From the NCBI GenBank assembly GCA_965178125.1, contig OZ237766.1:248001-312000 (forward strand): a DNA stretch of 64,000 nucleotides. Reading direction: 5' to 3'. The notes under the pieces are model-generated. The model saw nothing but the letters and a program-made list of their open reading frames with translations. It had not been told where the DNA came from and made no database searches. Positions within the stretch are counted from its first letter, which is position 1. Each line of letters opens with the position of its first letter. Source of the DNA: Bilabrum cf. latius (Eukaryota). A program made the position numbers and the translations under genes. Positions 26,841-40,900 of the stretch are shown here, one piece after another.

Positions 26841-27905
26841 ATGCGGCACAAGGGTGAACGACGGCGTGATGCCGATCATTTGCATTCATTTGGGGAGCTG
26901 CTCTCTCTGTTCAGATATGCGGGCAAGACTCTTGTGACAACTGGAGCAGGGATAAGCACTGCTTGCGGGATTCCTGACTTTAGATCGAAAGGGTCCGGCC
27001 TATACGATATCATTCGATCCGTGGGGAGCGACCTTTTGGTTGAGCCTTAGGAGATGTAAGTGGTTGCATCAGGCGGAATTTGCTGGTACCACGCGTGCGT
27101 CTGAGTTTATGATTTGCCATATGGTGACCCGATACGTTCTACATTACTTCGCAGATTCGATATAAGGAGGTTTAAGGAAGAACCGGGCATCTTTTATGCC
27201 GCTGCCCCGCTGCTGTACGAGAATTTTGGCGATATCCGACCAAGTGCAGCCCATCGGTTCTTGCGGGTATTGCAGGACCGCCAAAAACTGCTCCGATGCT
27301 ATACTTAGAATATTGATGGGCTCGAGGAACGCGCCGGTCTCGCTCCGGCGAAGACGATCCAGTGCCACGGTACGCTAGCTTCGCTGTACTGCATGTCTTG
27401 CCGCAAGAAGAGTCCTGTGCTGGATCGGCTGCGAGATGTGCTGCAAGGAGAACCTGTCAAATGTAACCGACTCATATCACCGAAGGGGACTGCTGCCAGG
27501 GGACGTGGCAGGGGCCGAGGTAGAGGCACGGGGAGAGCAGGTCCCAAATTGGACTACCGGGGGCCCCAGGCTGCCTACGATGGCTCGCGCATTGCACGAA
27601 GTTCTCCTGAAACGTAGCCAGGAGAATTTACCGGGTCTGCCTGTGGCCCGCCTGTCCTACCCTCCCTTCCCGCACCACCAACACAGGGCAGCGGGGAGGT
27701 GTTGACGCGCCTCAATGGCACTGCCACGAGTAGCAATGGGGTGGGATCTGCTTCCAGTGGCAGTGGAGTGGGCTTTGCTTCCAGTAGCAATAAGGTGGGT
27801 CCTGAATCCGGTGGCACCGACTAGAGCGGTTCAGAGCTTATACGCCCAGCTTCAGCTTCTGCGTATTCGTCGTCACACGCGCATCCACCGTCGTCATCAT
27901 CATCA

Positions 27906-27959
<54 letters not shown>

Positions 27960-30398
27960 TCATCATCGTCGTCATCATCATGGTCGCCCAGTGATGAGCC
28001 ATCTGTGGTACCGTCCCAACTGTCGTCCAGCAGCCACGCGGAACCGGACCACGAGGCTGCTTCTTCTGACGGCAATGGTGCACATGCTTTTGACAGAGAC
28101 CATGTGCATGGTATGCACTCGTCACGCAATCGGTCCCGGCTGCCCCGCGCAGTCTCTGAGGCTGTATCGGTAGCACCGCGCGGGGGACAAAGCAATATAC
28201 ATCGCACTGCAGCGTCTCGCAAGGCGTCAACCTCCCACCACGTACACAGACCCTGCGATCGTAGTGGACCTGGCCCAGTGAATCACCTGCCACCTCGGAG
28301 ATGCCAGGGGGTTCTTAAGCCCGACATCACCTTCTTCTTTGAGTCCCTCCCTTCTGCATTCGCCAGGACGGTGCGAAAAGACGCACCCTCCGCCTCGCTG
28401 TACATCGCGATGGGCTCCTCCCTGCGGGTGGAGCCGGTGAGCCTGATGCCCGGCTGGCTGCACTCGTCATGCTGGCGGATCCTCATCAACTATGAGCCCG
28501 TCGTACCCAAGTCGGGGGATGCGTTCGACGGTATGCTCCTGGGGGACTGCCAGGAAACCGTGACTGGCTTGGCAGCATTGCTGGGGTGGCAGCTGCCCCT
28601 GTATTCCGGCCCAATCGGAGAAGGGGGCGTCAGTACTGGTCCTGGTGCTGGTGCTGGTGCTGGTGCTGGTGCTGGTGCTGGTGCTGGTGCTGGTGCTGGT
28701 GCTGGTGCTGGTGCTGGTGCTGGTGCTGGTGCTGGTGCTGGTGCTGGTGCTGGTGCTGGTGCTGGTACATGCCATGTCGGCTTGGTGGCAAGTGGCAGTT
28801 CTGGCGAGCAGCAGTCGGCTGATTCCTGCACAGGTGTTTCGGCTGCCCAGGCATTTGAGGCAAATGCCCGCCACCGAACAAATATGCATCGCTCTTCCGC
28901 GACCCAGTCTAAGTCTGCGGCATCGCAATCGTCTTTGACTGCTTCTGTGTCCAGCTCGGCTGAATGCAGCTCGGCTGAGTGCAGACCAGGAGCACCTGCA
29001 CCACCTACAGCAACTACATCATTTGCTGTGCCAGCTCCCGGCCAGCGCAAGCAGCCCCTCCGTCGCAGCAGGGCAGCGGCGGTCACCCAGCGCCAACGCA
29101 CTGGAGACAGGGCACGGATCGTGGGCCTCAAGCAGCAGCTGAGGCAGGCGTTTGAGTCCAGGCGAGGCACAGCATTTCAACATCGCAGCGATGGGAGAGG
29201 GGCTGGTGCTAGTACTGGTATACCAGCCGCAGGTGCGGGTGCCGGTGCAGGTAGGCGCGAAACAAGCAGCAGCGGTAGCAGCGGCAATAGCAGCGGCGGC
29301 GAAATTGTAGACATGACAAACGTTGGGAGCGGTAGTGAAGATGAAGATGGAGATGAAGACGTCATTGGTCACCCGACGGAAGCACATGATGCGAGTGAGC
29401 GTGTTGCTCCTGCTTACGGCAAGTCCAACGGTTGTCAAGCCGTTGGCGCTGGCCCTGGATCTGGCACGAGTGCAGGTACGAGACCCGCTGGGCTATGCTT
29501 CGAGGCTGACGGCGAATTGTTTGAGCTGGTTGCATTGCTTCCGATTCCGAGTCGACGCACGGGTGCGAGGAAGGCTAGGCGCGGGCTTGCGATTCTGCCC
29601 CGGGGTCAGGTGCGTGTGTATGCGCCCCGGGGGAGAGATGGAAGCGACAGCAATAGCATAGACGGTGATGATGAGGATGGCGAGGATGACGGGGTGGTGG
29701 GCGCAGCCGGCTACAGCAAAGACGTCGATGAAGACGGTGGTGACGGTGGAGTTGCCGGAAGCCACGATCACAGCGCATCACCGGGGAGGCGCGGCGTATA
29801 CAGGATCCTCGTCGATGAAGTGGGCCCGGTCTAGGACAGGGGTAAATGCACCAGCTCGATGGGAAGGGTGCTCAAGCAGGAGCTGGAGGCGCTTGCCCTT
29901 AGAGTTCCTGCTGGGTGGGTAAGAAGAGGGTCGGTGTGGTTCCATCCCGGGCACTGCCCCAGGGGTGAGTGGGAGGTGTATGGGGTGCATGATGCTGCGG
30001 GAGTCGCTGCAAGGGAGGGTGCAGCTGCCATCACGGCTCGGTAGGGACAGCCAGGGAACAATGCCTCAGGGAACAATGCCCCAGGGAACAATGGGGCGGG
30101 GAAGCTCGGCTTGAAGAGGGGACGGCAGCAGGTCGGTGCCGCCAGCAGGACGGGCAGCAGGCGAAGAGTTGATGCGAAAAGCTCTGGCAAGCCGGTTTAG
30201 GTTGACGAGGCTGAACGGATCTAGGGGTGTGTGGATGGGGACCAGGACAATGGGGTGCACCCTGGGGCGTTGAAGAGTGAGAGTGAGAGCGGGAGCGGGA
30301 GCGGGAGTGGGGGTGCCAGTGGCGAAGAATCTAGTGGGGCTAGAAGGAGCAAGCGAATACGGACGGTAGGGCGCGCGACATGGGGCAAACTATCGTAA
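26841..30398 (+). CDS. Class I (SIR2/SIRT1-like) NAD-dependent deacetylase with large low-complexity insertions; intron 27056-27154
   Basis: TGAGISTACGIPDFRS, EP[TAG]EIFDI, LLRCYT[TAG]NIDGLE, IQCHG, CMSC, LKPDITFF, MGSSLRVEP, LINYE. Eight in-frame TAGs. TAA at 30396. Start uncertain. Confidence 0.9.
27890..27980 (+). repeat. (TCG/TCA)n microsatellite encoding poly-Ser in the sirtuin
   Basis: Visible trinucleotide run in the sirtuin frame. Confidence 0.9.
28644..28766 (+). repeat. (GGTGCT)n hexamer repeat (Gly-Ala) in the sirtuin
   Basis: About 20 perfect units. Confidence 0.95.
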
Positions 30399-30636
30399 TA
30401 GCCTCGTAACCGTGCCACCACGCCGCACAATTGCCCTGGGGCAATTCAGTTAAATCAAATAAAAAGCAAACAATATCACGAAACCACATCCGGAACAGAA
30501 ATCCGGATCTGGAACGAGGGCCCGGGACCAACCTACCGGACTTCACGCTACACTCGTCAGCTGCAATAGCCTACACCACCTGAGCTCCACAACCCGAAAC
30601 CTGACCGCCAGACCTCAGCTGACGTGGAACAATCAC

Positions 30637-31177
30637 GGCAGGCCACACGATAGCACCTCCCTGCTGGAACAGGACTGCGTTGCCATCCCCCTGCAGACGA
30701 AGGGTATCCGGATCTGCAACCGGGTCCATCAGCGAGGCAGGCGCCCGCCAGATGTACTGCCCGGAGGCGCTGTCCACGATGGCCAGGTCGCCCTGGGTGT
30801 CGCAGCCGTCCTTGGTGATGACGAGTGCGCACTTCCCCTCGGTACCCTTGCCCCTCGTGTTGGTCGCAAACACCGCCTTGCCCCCTCGGTACACCACCAG
30901 GTTGCAGTCTCTCTGCATGCGCAGCTCGATCCCCTCCCCCGCCCTCAAAGCGGCCCCGGCTCGTAGCACCTGCCCAGGAGACATCACGGTGCCGTCGGTC
31001 ACTTGGAAGTATGACGATTGTAGGGCCCCTGCACCACACTGCAGACTGTGCACGTCTTCCCGCACCTCCAGATCGAAGTGGAAGCAGCCACGATCGTGGT
31101 CGTCGCCCAATTCTCGTTTGGTGCTCCACAGCAGCTGCGCGCCTTCCTGAAGGAGAACGGCATTGCCACCCCCCTGC
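30637..31177 (-). pseudogene. Inverted partial copy of the bulb-lectin gene (approx. 23094-23639)
   Basis: Near-identical GNAVLLQEGAQLLWSTKRELGDDHDRG...FQQGGAI with small indels. No signal peptide in the copied segment, and similarity ends abruptly on both sides. Confidence 0.7.
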
Positions 31178-31831
31178 AAGACGACAGCTCCATGGACTCG
31201 GCTTGTAGAGGTTTATATTCTGTGAACTCAACTCAAAAGCGAACGCTATCACGAAGCCGCATCTGCAACGAGGACCCGAGAAATGCCTTGACGTTGGCGA
31301 CCGCCACGGCGAGGTTGTTGTTCTCGGCTGCCCCTACAGCCAGGCTGGCAAAGTCCTCCCGGACCGCCCTTGCGAGCGCCCGTTTGGCCTTCGCTGCAGC
31401 CCTCCTCGATCCCTTCGAGACAAAATCGAGGATCCTTGAGTGGTCCTGCATGACCCGTGAGTACATAGTGTGGTACACACGCTGTTCCCCGCGCACGTGC
31501 TGGTGCTTAGAAACAGAAGCCCACAAGAGGCGCGCATTGACATGGCGAGTCGAAACCCGCCGCCCCTTGTCCTCCTACCTACTCTTCCGCGCCTTGTCGA
31601 GCAGACACAATCGCCCTGACAGCCTGGCAGTAGAGTCTGACGTTTCGGTTCCATTCGGAGCCTCGAGCCTCGAGCGGTCAGCATTGCACCATATCTTGCC
31701 TGGAGTGTATGCATCTGTGGTTACAATGTTTCCTACTCATAAACTATTATAATCTGAGCTGCTGTACTGCCAAACTGCGTCGCAGCCGGGATATGTACAA
31801 TCAATTATATTTGTCTGGATTGCATGGTTCA

Positions 31832-34513
31832 ATGCTGCCGTTGCATACGTTCGACAAGGAAGTAGAGAACGACTAGAAGTATGGATGGGTTCGGTCGTTA
31901 TCTGGGCTGGTGCATAGTGGGTTTTTGCACGACCAAATGCCCACCGAACAGCGTGCTGTTGGTGAGATTCACCTCGGTGCGGCGTGCTCGAATTACTCTG
32001 GAGCCGGAGCCCCTGCAAGCGCTGGCTCCCAGCTTGATTTGTCGTTTGTTTTTGGTGGACCGAAGGGGGTATCAACGACAGTCATCCAAAATGGACCTTG
32101 CAGAACCAACGAAGACCGCGATCGCGCTGCCAGGCTAGATCTGGCCGCGTCGCACGGCAACGGTGGATGGAAATGCACTCGACAGATCATGGTAGCATCG
32201 GCCCCGAGGACTGGAAGCACAGCGATCGCCTCGGCAGCTCGGGCAATCTGTGGCGGGAGTGATATCCTCAAGACACATGCAGCTCCCGTGCTGCTGCTGC
32301 CGAACCCAAGTCGGGGCCGCACTACCCTCATCCCTGCTCGAGAATTCCATGGCAGCGGCAGTGGTTTGAAAGCTCCCCGCCTGCAAAATATCTGTGCAGT
32401 GCCTGTATTCGTCACCAGCCGCTCCCTCGTTGACGCGCTAGCGTCATGGGCGAGGCTCAAAGCGAGCAAGCTTCTGCGGGAGTTCCGGTCTTGGAACCAG
32501 TTCGATTCGGAACAAAACCCGATGCGTTGCCTGTATGATGACAACGAGCGCGGTCTGGGCCGGTACGTCGGCGCTGTTAATTCAACGGGGGGAATGGCCA
32601 GCTGTCCCAAGCATAGACCCGCGATGAACCCAGCTGTGGCTCGCCAAGCGGTCGACGAATGGGAGGCCCGACTCGGTCTACGGGAGTACGTCGGCTGCAG
32701 GGTCGGAACGGATGGGACGACACGGTGCTCCCAGAAAGTCACTGCGCTGCTCAAAACTGCGGCCTAGGCAAGGGCGGCAGCATCAGCAGCAGGGAATAGC
32801 TTGCTCAGGGACTCTATCGCGCGGTCGATGGCCAGCGCCGAGCAGTCGCTGCAGCTAGCCTATGAGCAAACGCAACCGGTAAGGAGTCCAAAGCCTCGGA
32901 CGAATGAACAAGCATTTGCAGAAGCAGGCCTAACACAAGGCCTAACACAAGGCGAAACACAATCGCCTAGGGTGTCACGAGAGTCGGCCACCTCCGTTGC
33001 TGCCATGCTGCACGACCGCGATATATTGCTGGAGCAGTCGCATTTCAGGCTGCAGCCTGCCTTCAGAGAATTGATGCAGCGCACTGCGGCGGCGTAGCAA
33101 AGCTGGAGGATGGAATGCGTTGGCATGAACGGCGATGTATCCGTTGAGTTCCCTGTGCTGCTACAGCTGCTGCGGCCGCCTGGCAGGCCGGTACTGCTGC
33201 AGGTGTTCGCCGGCAGGGACTACAAGAGCGCTTACGGAACCGGAGGGATGGGCACCGCGCATGTGCTGGCGGTGGCGACAGCGACTGTGTGGCTGGAGCA
33301 GCTAGCCGGCATCGGTGTGACGAGTGCATCGGACCTGCACAGGTGCTTGGCGCCAGGACTCACCGGAGGGGACATCACGAGCTGTATGCCACCCAGTCTA
33401 TCACCGGTGCCCCGTAGTGTGACGAGTGGGCTCGTCCTATCTGCCCTGGACCTCTTGCACGGATCGCGAGGTGATGCTGGCTTGGAAGGTGGTGTCCCTC
33501 ATCACGGACGGTAGAGTGGTGGTTGCAACCGGGAGAGGGGCGGTGGTGACCGCGACGGCTCTTCTGGGCCGTTGAAGTGGCGAGGGTAGCTCTCAAAAGC
33601 AACCAACGCGTTTGCCGCTGCTCTGCGCGGCCTGCATGGAGCGATCTACTAGGGCAAGCGAGGTGCGGGGACGTACCCGCAGCAGGCCTACATCGATGTT
33701 CCGCTGGGGATTGGCGCCGCGCAATTGCTCCCGCTGGGCGATAGCGACCCGGCAGCGGAAGCAATTCGGATCGAGGCCCGGTTCCGTCACCGTGTGACGA
33801 GTGCGAGGAACCACGCCGTGGCGTAGTACGGTAGGTCCACGTGGGCGGCGGTGCGCGTGGCGTGTGTAGACGTGCGGCTAGATCGGGGGTACTCGTAGTT
33901 GCATGGATCGGATCATGGATCGGATCATGGGGGGCGGGAGCCTGGCGATCCGGTGAATGGCGTGGCCCAGCATGACGCCTCGGAGGACTTAGCGGGTGCC
34001 GCTGGGAGAAGGGTTTAGACCCCATTGGGAGCACTTGCTCCGCCCCTCGTGTACCGTGGGCGCAACGGCACTGGCAGCACCGCCTCCACGGACGGCCAGG
34101 TGCATCGAATTGCAGCGGAGACGTGGGCCCGCGCGCTGGCAGCGGAGTCGCCTGGCCACACCGCAAATCGCCTGGGTGCAATCGATGCGGAACCAGCCGC
34201 GGCGCCGCGCGATGCGCAGACGGGAGGCACAGCTCCTGGCAGGAGGCCAAGGGCTTGGTACCTTGACCCCACCACGGGGTTGCACATGGGGCATGTGGGG
34301 GGCAGCGGTGGGAGGCCGGGGCGAGCGGTGGAGGAGATGGTAGCTGATGTTATGCGTGTGACGAGTGCCGCACGGTGGGGTGATGGTGGTGACTCAGCCG
34401 ATGATGATGCCCCCTCAGTCGCCCTAGTGGCAGCGGAAGTGCAGCGGGCATTAGATCACTCGGTGAAGCTCATTGTCCAGGCTAGGGAAGACACCATGGC
34501 AGTAGTAGGGTGA
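31832..34513 (+). CDS. Sulfotransferase-like domain protein with long C-terminal extension
   Basis: IMVASAPRTGST (5'-PSB-like), ILKTH and SRSLVDALASW (3'-PB-like). ORFs joined by at least 8 TAGs (32765, 33095, 33512, 33587, 33650 and others). TGA at 34511. Start approximate. Confidence 0.6.
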
Positions 34514-34960
34514 TACGGTAGCAGGGTAATACCAAGTGGTGATGGTCCACTGATGGATGCCAACTGAGGATTTTGCTGGAGGAGCCGCCGCCGCATGGCA
34601 TGGCTCTCTGGGAGTGAGCGAGCCGACAGCAATGCCGCAGTCGAGAAGGAGCACCGAATACCGCTAGGGCGTTTGCTTCAATGCGTGCAGTGCAAATACG
34701 TATTTCTGGGAAGGGGGCAGCTGTGATAGCGTCTACATGTCCGTCTACATGTCCACGTCCCAAATTATTATTTGTCTAGATTTCATCACGCTACATAGGT
34801 CGCAACGGTCATCGATCAACATTTAGCCCATACGTGCTAACCAAAGTGATTTAGCTGAGTGTAGCAGCATACGCATATATAAGTTGTTTAGCTGTCCTCT
34901 GTAGAGCAAATCAGGCCGCAAGCGCGGCCCGATCCAAATACACTCGCGCACCCAGCGACC

Positions 34961-37900
34961 ATGGCAGCAACAGGCGTAGCTCCGGCCAGCGGCACACGCC
35001 GTCCAAAGCGTGGCATGAGCGAACAGCGTAAAGATCGTATCGAGCGCTTTGGAATCGATTGTGGAGACGGGCTACTCTGGAAAGGAGGTGCTTGGAGACC
35101 AGGGGGCGAGTACATCAAGAAGCTCCAGGTGAAGAATGTAGGAGCTGCTGTGCAGACCATCCGGTACGCCCTGCCAGCTAGCAAGTTCTTTTCGATGGAT
35201 TTTCCGGAGCCTAGGAAGCTGGCCCCCGGCAACAGCGCGTCGATTGAGATCCGGTTCCGACCGGTTCGAGAGGAGGAATACGAGGACGAGATCGAATTTG
35301 AGACGCCGGCAGGGCGCTTTTCGGTGCCAGTTGTGGCTCGGCTCCCCAGGCTAGGGGCTTCGTTGCCGCCCCAGGTCATGTTTCCGCTGTCGCCCGCGCT
35401 CGAGACGGCCTCGAGCATCGTGCTCCTCAGCAACACCGGGCAGGTGCCCTTCTCGTTCGAGTTCCGCTGCGCGGCGCCCTTCCTGATCGAGCCCTCCTCG
35501 GGCGTGGCGCCGCCGGGGCAGGACCTTCCCATCCGGATCGATTTCACGCCGCCCGAGGCGGGCGATGTCGAGACGACCGCCACCTGCCTGGTGCGGGCCA
35601 TTGGGGAGGCAGGGGAAGGGGGCCCCGCGGGGGACGCGGGTGCAGGGCACGACGGTGCGATTGCGGTTGCAACCGGCGGCGTGCGCGTGTCGGGCCCCTC
35701 TTCGCTGCAGATGCGCACCGTACTCCGCGGCACCGGCAAATTCCCGCACATCGTGGTGGAGCCTAGGGAGGCGGACTTTGGTGAGGTGACCGCCACCGCT
35801 GGTGCGACGAGTGCGGCGGTCGGGGCGGGCGCGGGGGAGGAGGTGACGGACGCGGCGCTGGTGCTGCGGAACCCCAGCCAGGTGCACTGCACGGTGGTGT
35901 CGAGGCCAGTCGAACGTGACAGGAGGCCCCATTTCTCCCTGGCTCCCGGGCGGGCGGTGGTGGAAGGCGACGGAGGCAACGTTCCTTTGAAGCTCAGCTA
36001 CAGGCCGCTGGTGCCCGGCTCCCACAGCGTGGAGCGCTTTCAGCTGACCGCGCCGGGCGGCGCGCGGGTTACTGTGGTCGCGCGGGGTCGCGCGGTGGCG
36101 CCCCGCGTCACACTTGGTCGCAAGGACAGGGAGGGGGCTGCGGGCGGGCGCCCGGGCAAGCGCAAGCCCAGGCCCAGCGTGCTGGACTTTGGCGACTTCA
36201 GCATGGACAAGGCCCCGCCCTCGCACGTGCTTCGGTTGCGGAACCACAGCGCGGCGCCGGTCCGGTTCGCGTTCTTGGCCGAGGAAGGCGCGGTGTTCCG
36301 GTTTTCCAGGCTGCAGGGAGAAATACCAGCGCAGATGTACCTGGATGTGTCCGTTCACTTCGTCCCCTAGCAGTCCGGTAATTTCTCCAGGCGCGTTCCC
36401 TGCCTGATTCGCGGGGGGGAACCCCTGTGGGTTGATTGCATCGGCACTGCGCACGACCCGTCCGCACAAGGGGGCCAGCGACCCATGCCCCTGCGGGACT
36501 GGCACTACAGGGCCTACCGGATGCGGCCCGCGCCCCTGAGACTTTTGGCTCCGGACGATGTGCTGGCGGTGGCCAAGGCTCACGCGAGGGCGGTTGCAAC
36601 CGGTTTGGATCCGGAGCAGGCGCTTCCCCGGGCTGGGTTCCCAAGCGCGCTGACGAGTGCGCACACGCGCGCCTGGGAAGAATCCGCCATGCTGCGACCG
36701 GGCGGCGGCGCCGATATTCCGCAAGGGGAGGGCGATGGTTCCGGCTTGGCGGAGGAGACCATCAGGGGGGGCGCGGGGGGGCTGACAGGTGCATCGAACG
36801 ATGGTGCTGGGCCTGTGCTGACGAAGCAGACACTCAGTGCGTTGGAGCTGGCCGGCGGGGGCGCACTGCAGGGGGGCGGGGCCTCCCAGGGGGCGCCGCG
36901 CACACCCATGCTGCGGGGCGGTGGTTCCGCAGCCGGGGGCGCCGGCGCGATGTTCCTGACGGAGGGCGGGTCCATCGGCGCCGCCGGCACCGCCAGCGGA
37001 ACCGGCCGGCTGCGGCTCACGGCCGGCGCGGACGCCGACGAGGCCAATCTGCAAGGGATGGCGATGGTGCGGGCAAGCGGGCGAGCTGGTCGGGCCGCGT
37101 CCTCGGCCGGGCCCGAGGTGCAGGCCACGCGGTGCGAGGGGATGAGCCTAGGGGCGCGGGCTGCATACGCTGAGATCTTCGCCTCTGCAGCTGCAGTCAC
37201 CCAGGAGCCTCTCCCCGTGGCCTCGTTGAGTCCGGCGCACGATCCCCCTCTGCCCGTCACACTGTCGGCTGGAAGCCTGGATTTCGGGGCGGCGGGTCAT
37301 GGTCGTATGCCTCCGAAGCGCCACGTCATGGTGCGGAACCACACCAACGGCCGGGTCGCCATCTTCTGGCACGTACCCTAGACGGCCGAGGCGGCCTCCA
37401 GGGCGATCTCGGGGGCGCTGGCGGGGGAGGGAAGCGACTGGGCGGTTGTTCCCCGGGAGCTGGATTTGGCTCCGGGTCAGGAGGAGGAGGTGACGATCAG
37501 CTTCCGGCCCAGGGGGGAGGACGCGTATTACGGCTCCGAGTTGGAGTGCGTGGCGCTGCCCCGGCAGAATCGCTCCTTCCGGCTGGTGGACGAGTCCTCC
37601 TTCTGTCCCGCCGTGACGATCCCGCTGCGCGTGTCGGGGCACAGCTTCGCTTCCATGGGGTCTTTCCAGCCGCGGGCCAGCCTGCAGGGGCCGGTGCGGA
37701 GATTGGGGGATGACGAGGCGAGAGATGGCGCTGGCGCTGGTGCTGGTGCTGGTGCTGGTGCTGGTGCTGGTGCTGGTGCTGGTGCTGGTGCTGGTGCTGG
37801 TGCTGGTGCTGGTGCTGGTGCTGGTGTAGGGGTTGCTGCCGGCCTGGAGGTGCCCGACACATTCGAGCTCGAGTTCCCACCCGTGTACGATGCATGGAGA

Positions 37901-40900
37901 GCGGCCGACTTGGCCAGGGCGGCGGGCCGGCCTGCGGAACATCCGTGCGCGGCGCCGGACGGGAAGAGCCTCAGCGGCCGCTGGGGACCCTCGGCGGAGT
38001 GCGGGTACCAGACGGTGGAGCTGAGGAACGAGAGCGATGCCCCCTGCGCGTTTTCGATTCCGGGCGATCCTCAGGGGGTGTTCGCAGTGCTTCCGGCCAT
38101 GGGGCATGTCCCCGCAAAGGGGTTCGCCCTCCTTGCGGTGAGGTACAGGCCCCCGCCGGTGTCGAGCGAGCACGGCGTGGGTGGCGATGGCGTGGACGGG
38201 GGCGGCGGGAATGGACATGGACATGGTCCAAGGAGGCACATGGCCGTGATGCCCATCGAGCTGAACGGCTCCGAATCCAGCGGGCTGCGGCTGGTACTGA
38301 GGGGGCAGGCGGCGCTGCCCAGGCTGGCACTGCCCGCCGGTGGCGTGGTGTTTGGGCGACCCACCTGCGTCGGGGCGCAGTCGGTTGTAACCGCCCGGCT
38401 GGCCAGCGCCGCGCGCGTCCCCTGCCGGTTCCGCTGGCGGATCCCCAAGTCCGCCGAGGGCGTCCTCTCGTTGTTCCCTGAGGAGGGGCGCGTGTCGGGG
38501 AACGACCACGTGGACGTGCAGGTGTGCTTCAGCCCGAGGCGGGCGGGGAGGCACGAGGTCGTTGCGGAGTGCCTCGTGTACCCATCGGGCGGGCAGGGCA
38601 TGGTGGCCATGGGCGCGGGGCCGGAGGAGGTTCCGCCGTGCGCTGCCTTCGGGGTGGTGCCCGGGGCGCCGCGCAATGAGGATGGTTCCGCCGCCTCGGG
38701 TGCCTCGCAGTCGGCGGTGCAGAGACTGCTCATGACCTTTGTGTGCGAGGGGGCGGATGGTGCCCTGGCGATCGTTCCCTCTCGGCTGGACGCGGGCGCC
38801 GTGACGGTGGGCGCCGCGCAGAGGGTGCAGGTCGAGCTGCGGAACCGGAGCACGTCTGCCCTGCGGTGGAGGGTCGCTGCGGTGCTCGACGGGCCCGCCG
38901 CTGCGGGGCTCAGGGAGTGGAGTCCCGACGGGGATCCGGAGTCGAATCTAGGGGAGGAGAGCAAGACAAGCGGTGGGAGGGGAAGCCCCACCCTGGGGGG
39001 CATGGGGGGGGGTGGCCCCGGGCTCGAGGTGGGGTCAAGGTACGCCCTGTCCCTCCCCGGGGGTAGGCGGGGTCGGAACGGGACGGTGGGGACCCGGAGC
39101 GTGATGGGGGGCGCGATGGATGACGAGGAGGACTGGGTGGCCAGGGAACAAGGGGCCGAGATGGCCCTGGCGCTGGTGGCGGCCGCCCGCTCAGGGAACA
39201 AGGGGGCCCGGCTGGCCCTTGCGTGGCTGCGGGCGGGCAGGGACGCGAGGGCCGACGACGAGGCCTACGAGGAGTCGGTGCAGCGGGAGGAGGCGCAGGC
39301 GGGTCTGGACGCGGCCGAGGCGGAGGCGGCCCGCCGAAGGTTCTCTAGGGGTGACGTGAAGGAGCAGGAGAGGGGGGCGGGGGGTAGCGGCGCACCGGGG
39401 TTCGATCCCGAGACCGGGCTCCCCACAGGCGGCAGCCCCCCGCTCTCGGCTAGGTCCAGTGTGAGCAAGAGCTCGGCGGGCCTGTCCACGGTGCGAGAAA
39501 TCAACGACGAGGACCAGCTGGACGATGGCCCCATGCCGGAGCCAGTGTCACTGGCCCCATTCGGGGGCGACCTGGCGGCCAAATCACACCGGGGTTTAGA
39601 GCTGGTGGTGGCGCCCAGGGCCAGGGGACCCGTGAGGGCGTACGTGTACGCCATCGTGGAGACGATTCAGGCTGCACTGCACGGTGGTGCGGGGGAAATC
39701 GGGGATGGAATGGGTAGCGAAAACGGGCTCGCGCCCGCCACGGAGATGTCAATGTCCCTTGCGCAAGCCCTTGCCAGACGAGGCAGGAGGGCGCGGGTAC
39801 TGGCTCGAGCCGCCGGCCTCGCGCTGGGCACGCCTTTATGCCCACCACCCCTGGCTCCCAACGCAGACGGGATGGCCCTCGAAATCAGGGGACAGGGGAT
39901 CGTGCCCAGCGTGTGCATCGACGATGCACGCTGCCTGCAGTCCCACGAAGCTCTCCTCTATTTGTTCCCTCACTTCGACGCGGACGGGCGGGCCGGGAAT
40001 CCCTCCAGCCACGCGGCTGCGGCCGACGCCGGGGAGCAGGCCAGGAACAGCGACTCGGAGTCGAAAGAAGGGGGCGGGCTGGGTCCCGACGGGCTTCCGC
40101 GGGCGCCGCGCAGGGTGGTTCCGCTGTCGGCGCTTGTTCCCTCGAGGGGCAGGGGTCGGCCGGGGCAGGGCGCGGGGGTCTTTGGCGATCCTGCCGCGGC
40201 GGCCACGGTGCGACGGGGTGGATTTCAGCGGGGGGAGGACGACGAGGACGGTGACGCGCACGCCGCCTCCCTCTCTGGCTGGTGCTTTGACCTGGGGCAG
40301 CCGCTGCTGCTGCCTGGGGAACAGAGGCAGGACGTGGCAAAACGGGTGGGTCTTCGCTGGGCCGCGGCCGAGGCCACCGCTTTGGCCAGGGGCAGGGCCG
40401 CCCCGCTGGCGCCTCTCGCTGCCGTACCCACCTCCAGCGTTTGTTCCCCGGCTGTTCTGTGGAGGCGGCTGTCGCTGCACCACCTAAACTCGGTCCTGGC
40501 CGGCGTCATGCTTGGCTCGGAGCTCAGGTACCTCAAGAGGACCCCCATGTTTCGGGACGCGAGGGACCTGAGGAGGACCACCATCGAGTTCGCGCCGAGG
40601 CCGGTGGGCGCCCCCCCCGAGGTGATCCTCCTCTCCGTCCGGAACTGCGGTGGCGGGGAGTGCGCCATGAAGACGAGGTTCCTTGCGAGACCAGAGGCCC
40701 CCGCCGAGCCCTGGACCGAGATGCGGGCGCCCTCTAGTGAGGAGAGGAGGTGCAGGGACCTGAACAGGAGGGGGGTCATGGCCGTGTTCCCCAGGTCTGC
40801 GAGGTTGCAACCGGGGCAGCGGGCCACCCTCAGGATGCACTACGCCTACGATGACTCGGAATCGATTGTCCGGGCTGTGGTGCCGGCGGGCAAGGAGGCG

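Noticed and set aside
26841-30398. Pyrrolysine or occasional stop read-through
   Set aside because: Up to eight TAGs per gene, at conserved Gln positions, is incompatible with leaky read-through.
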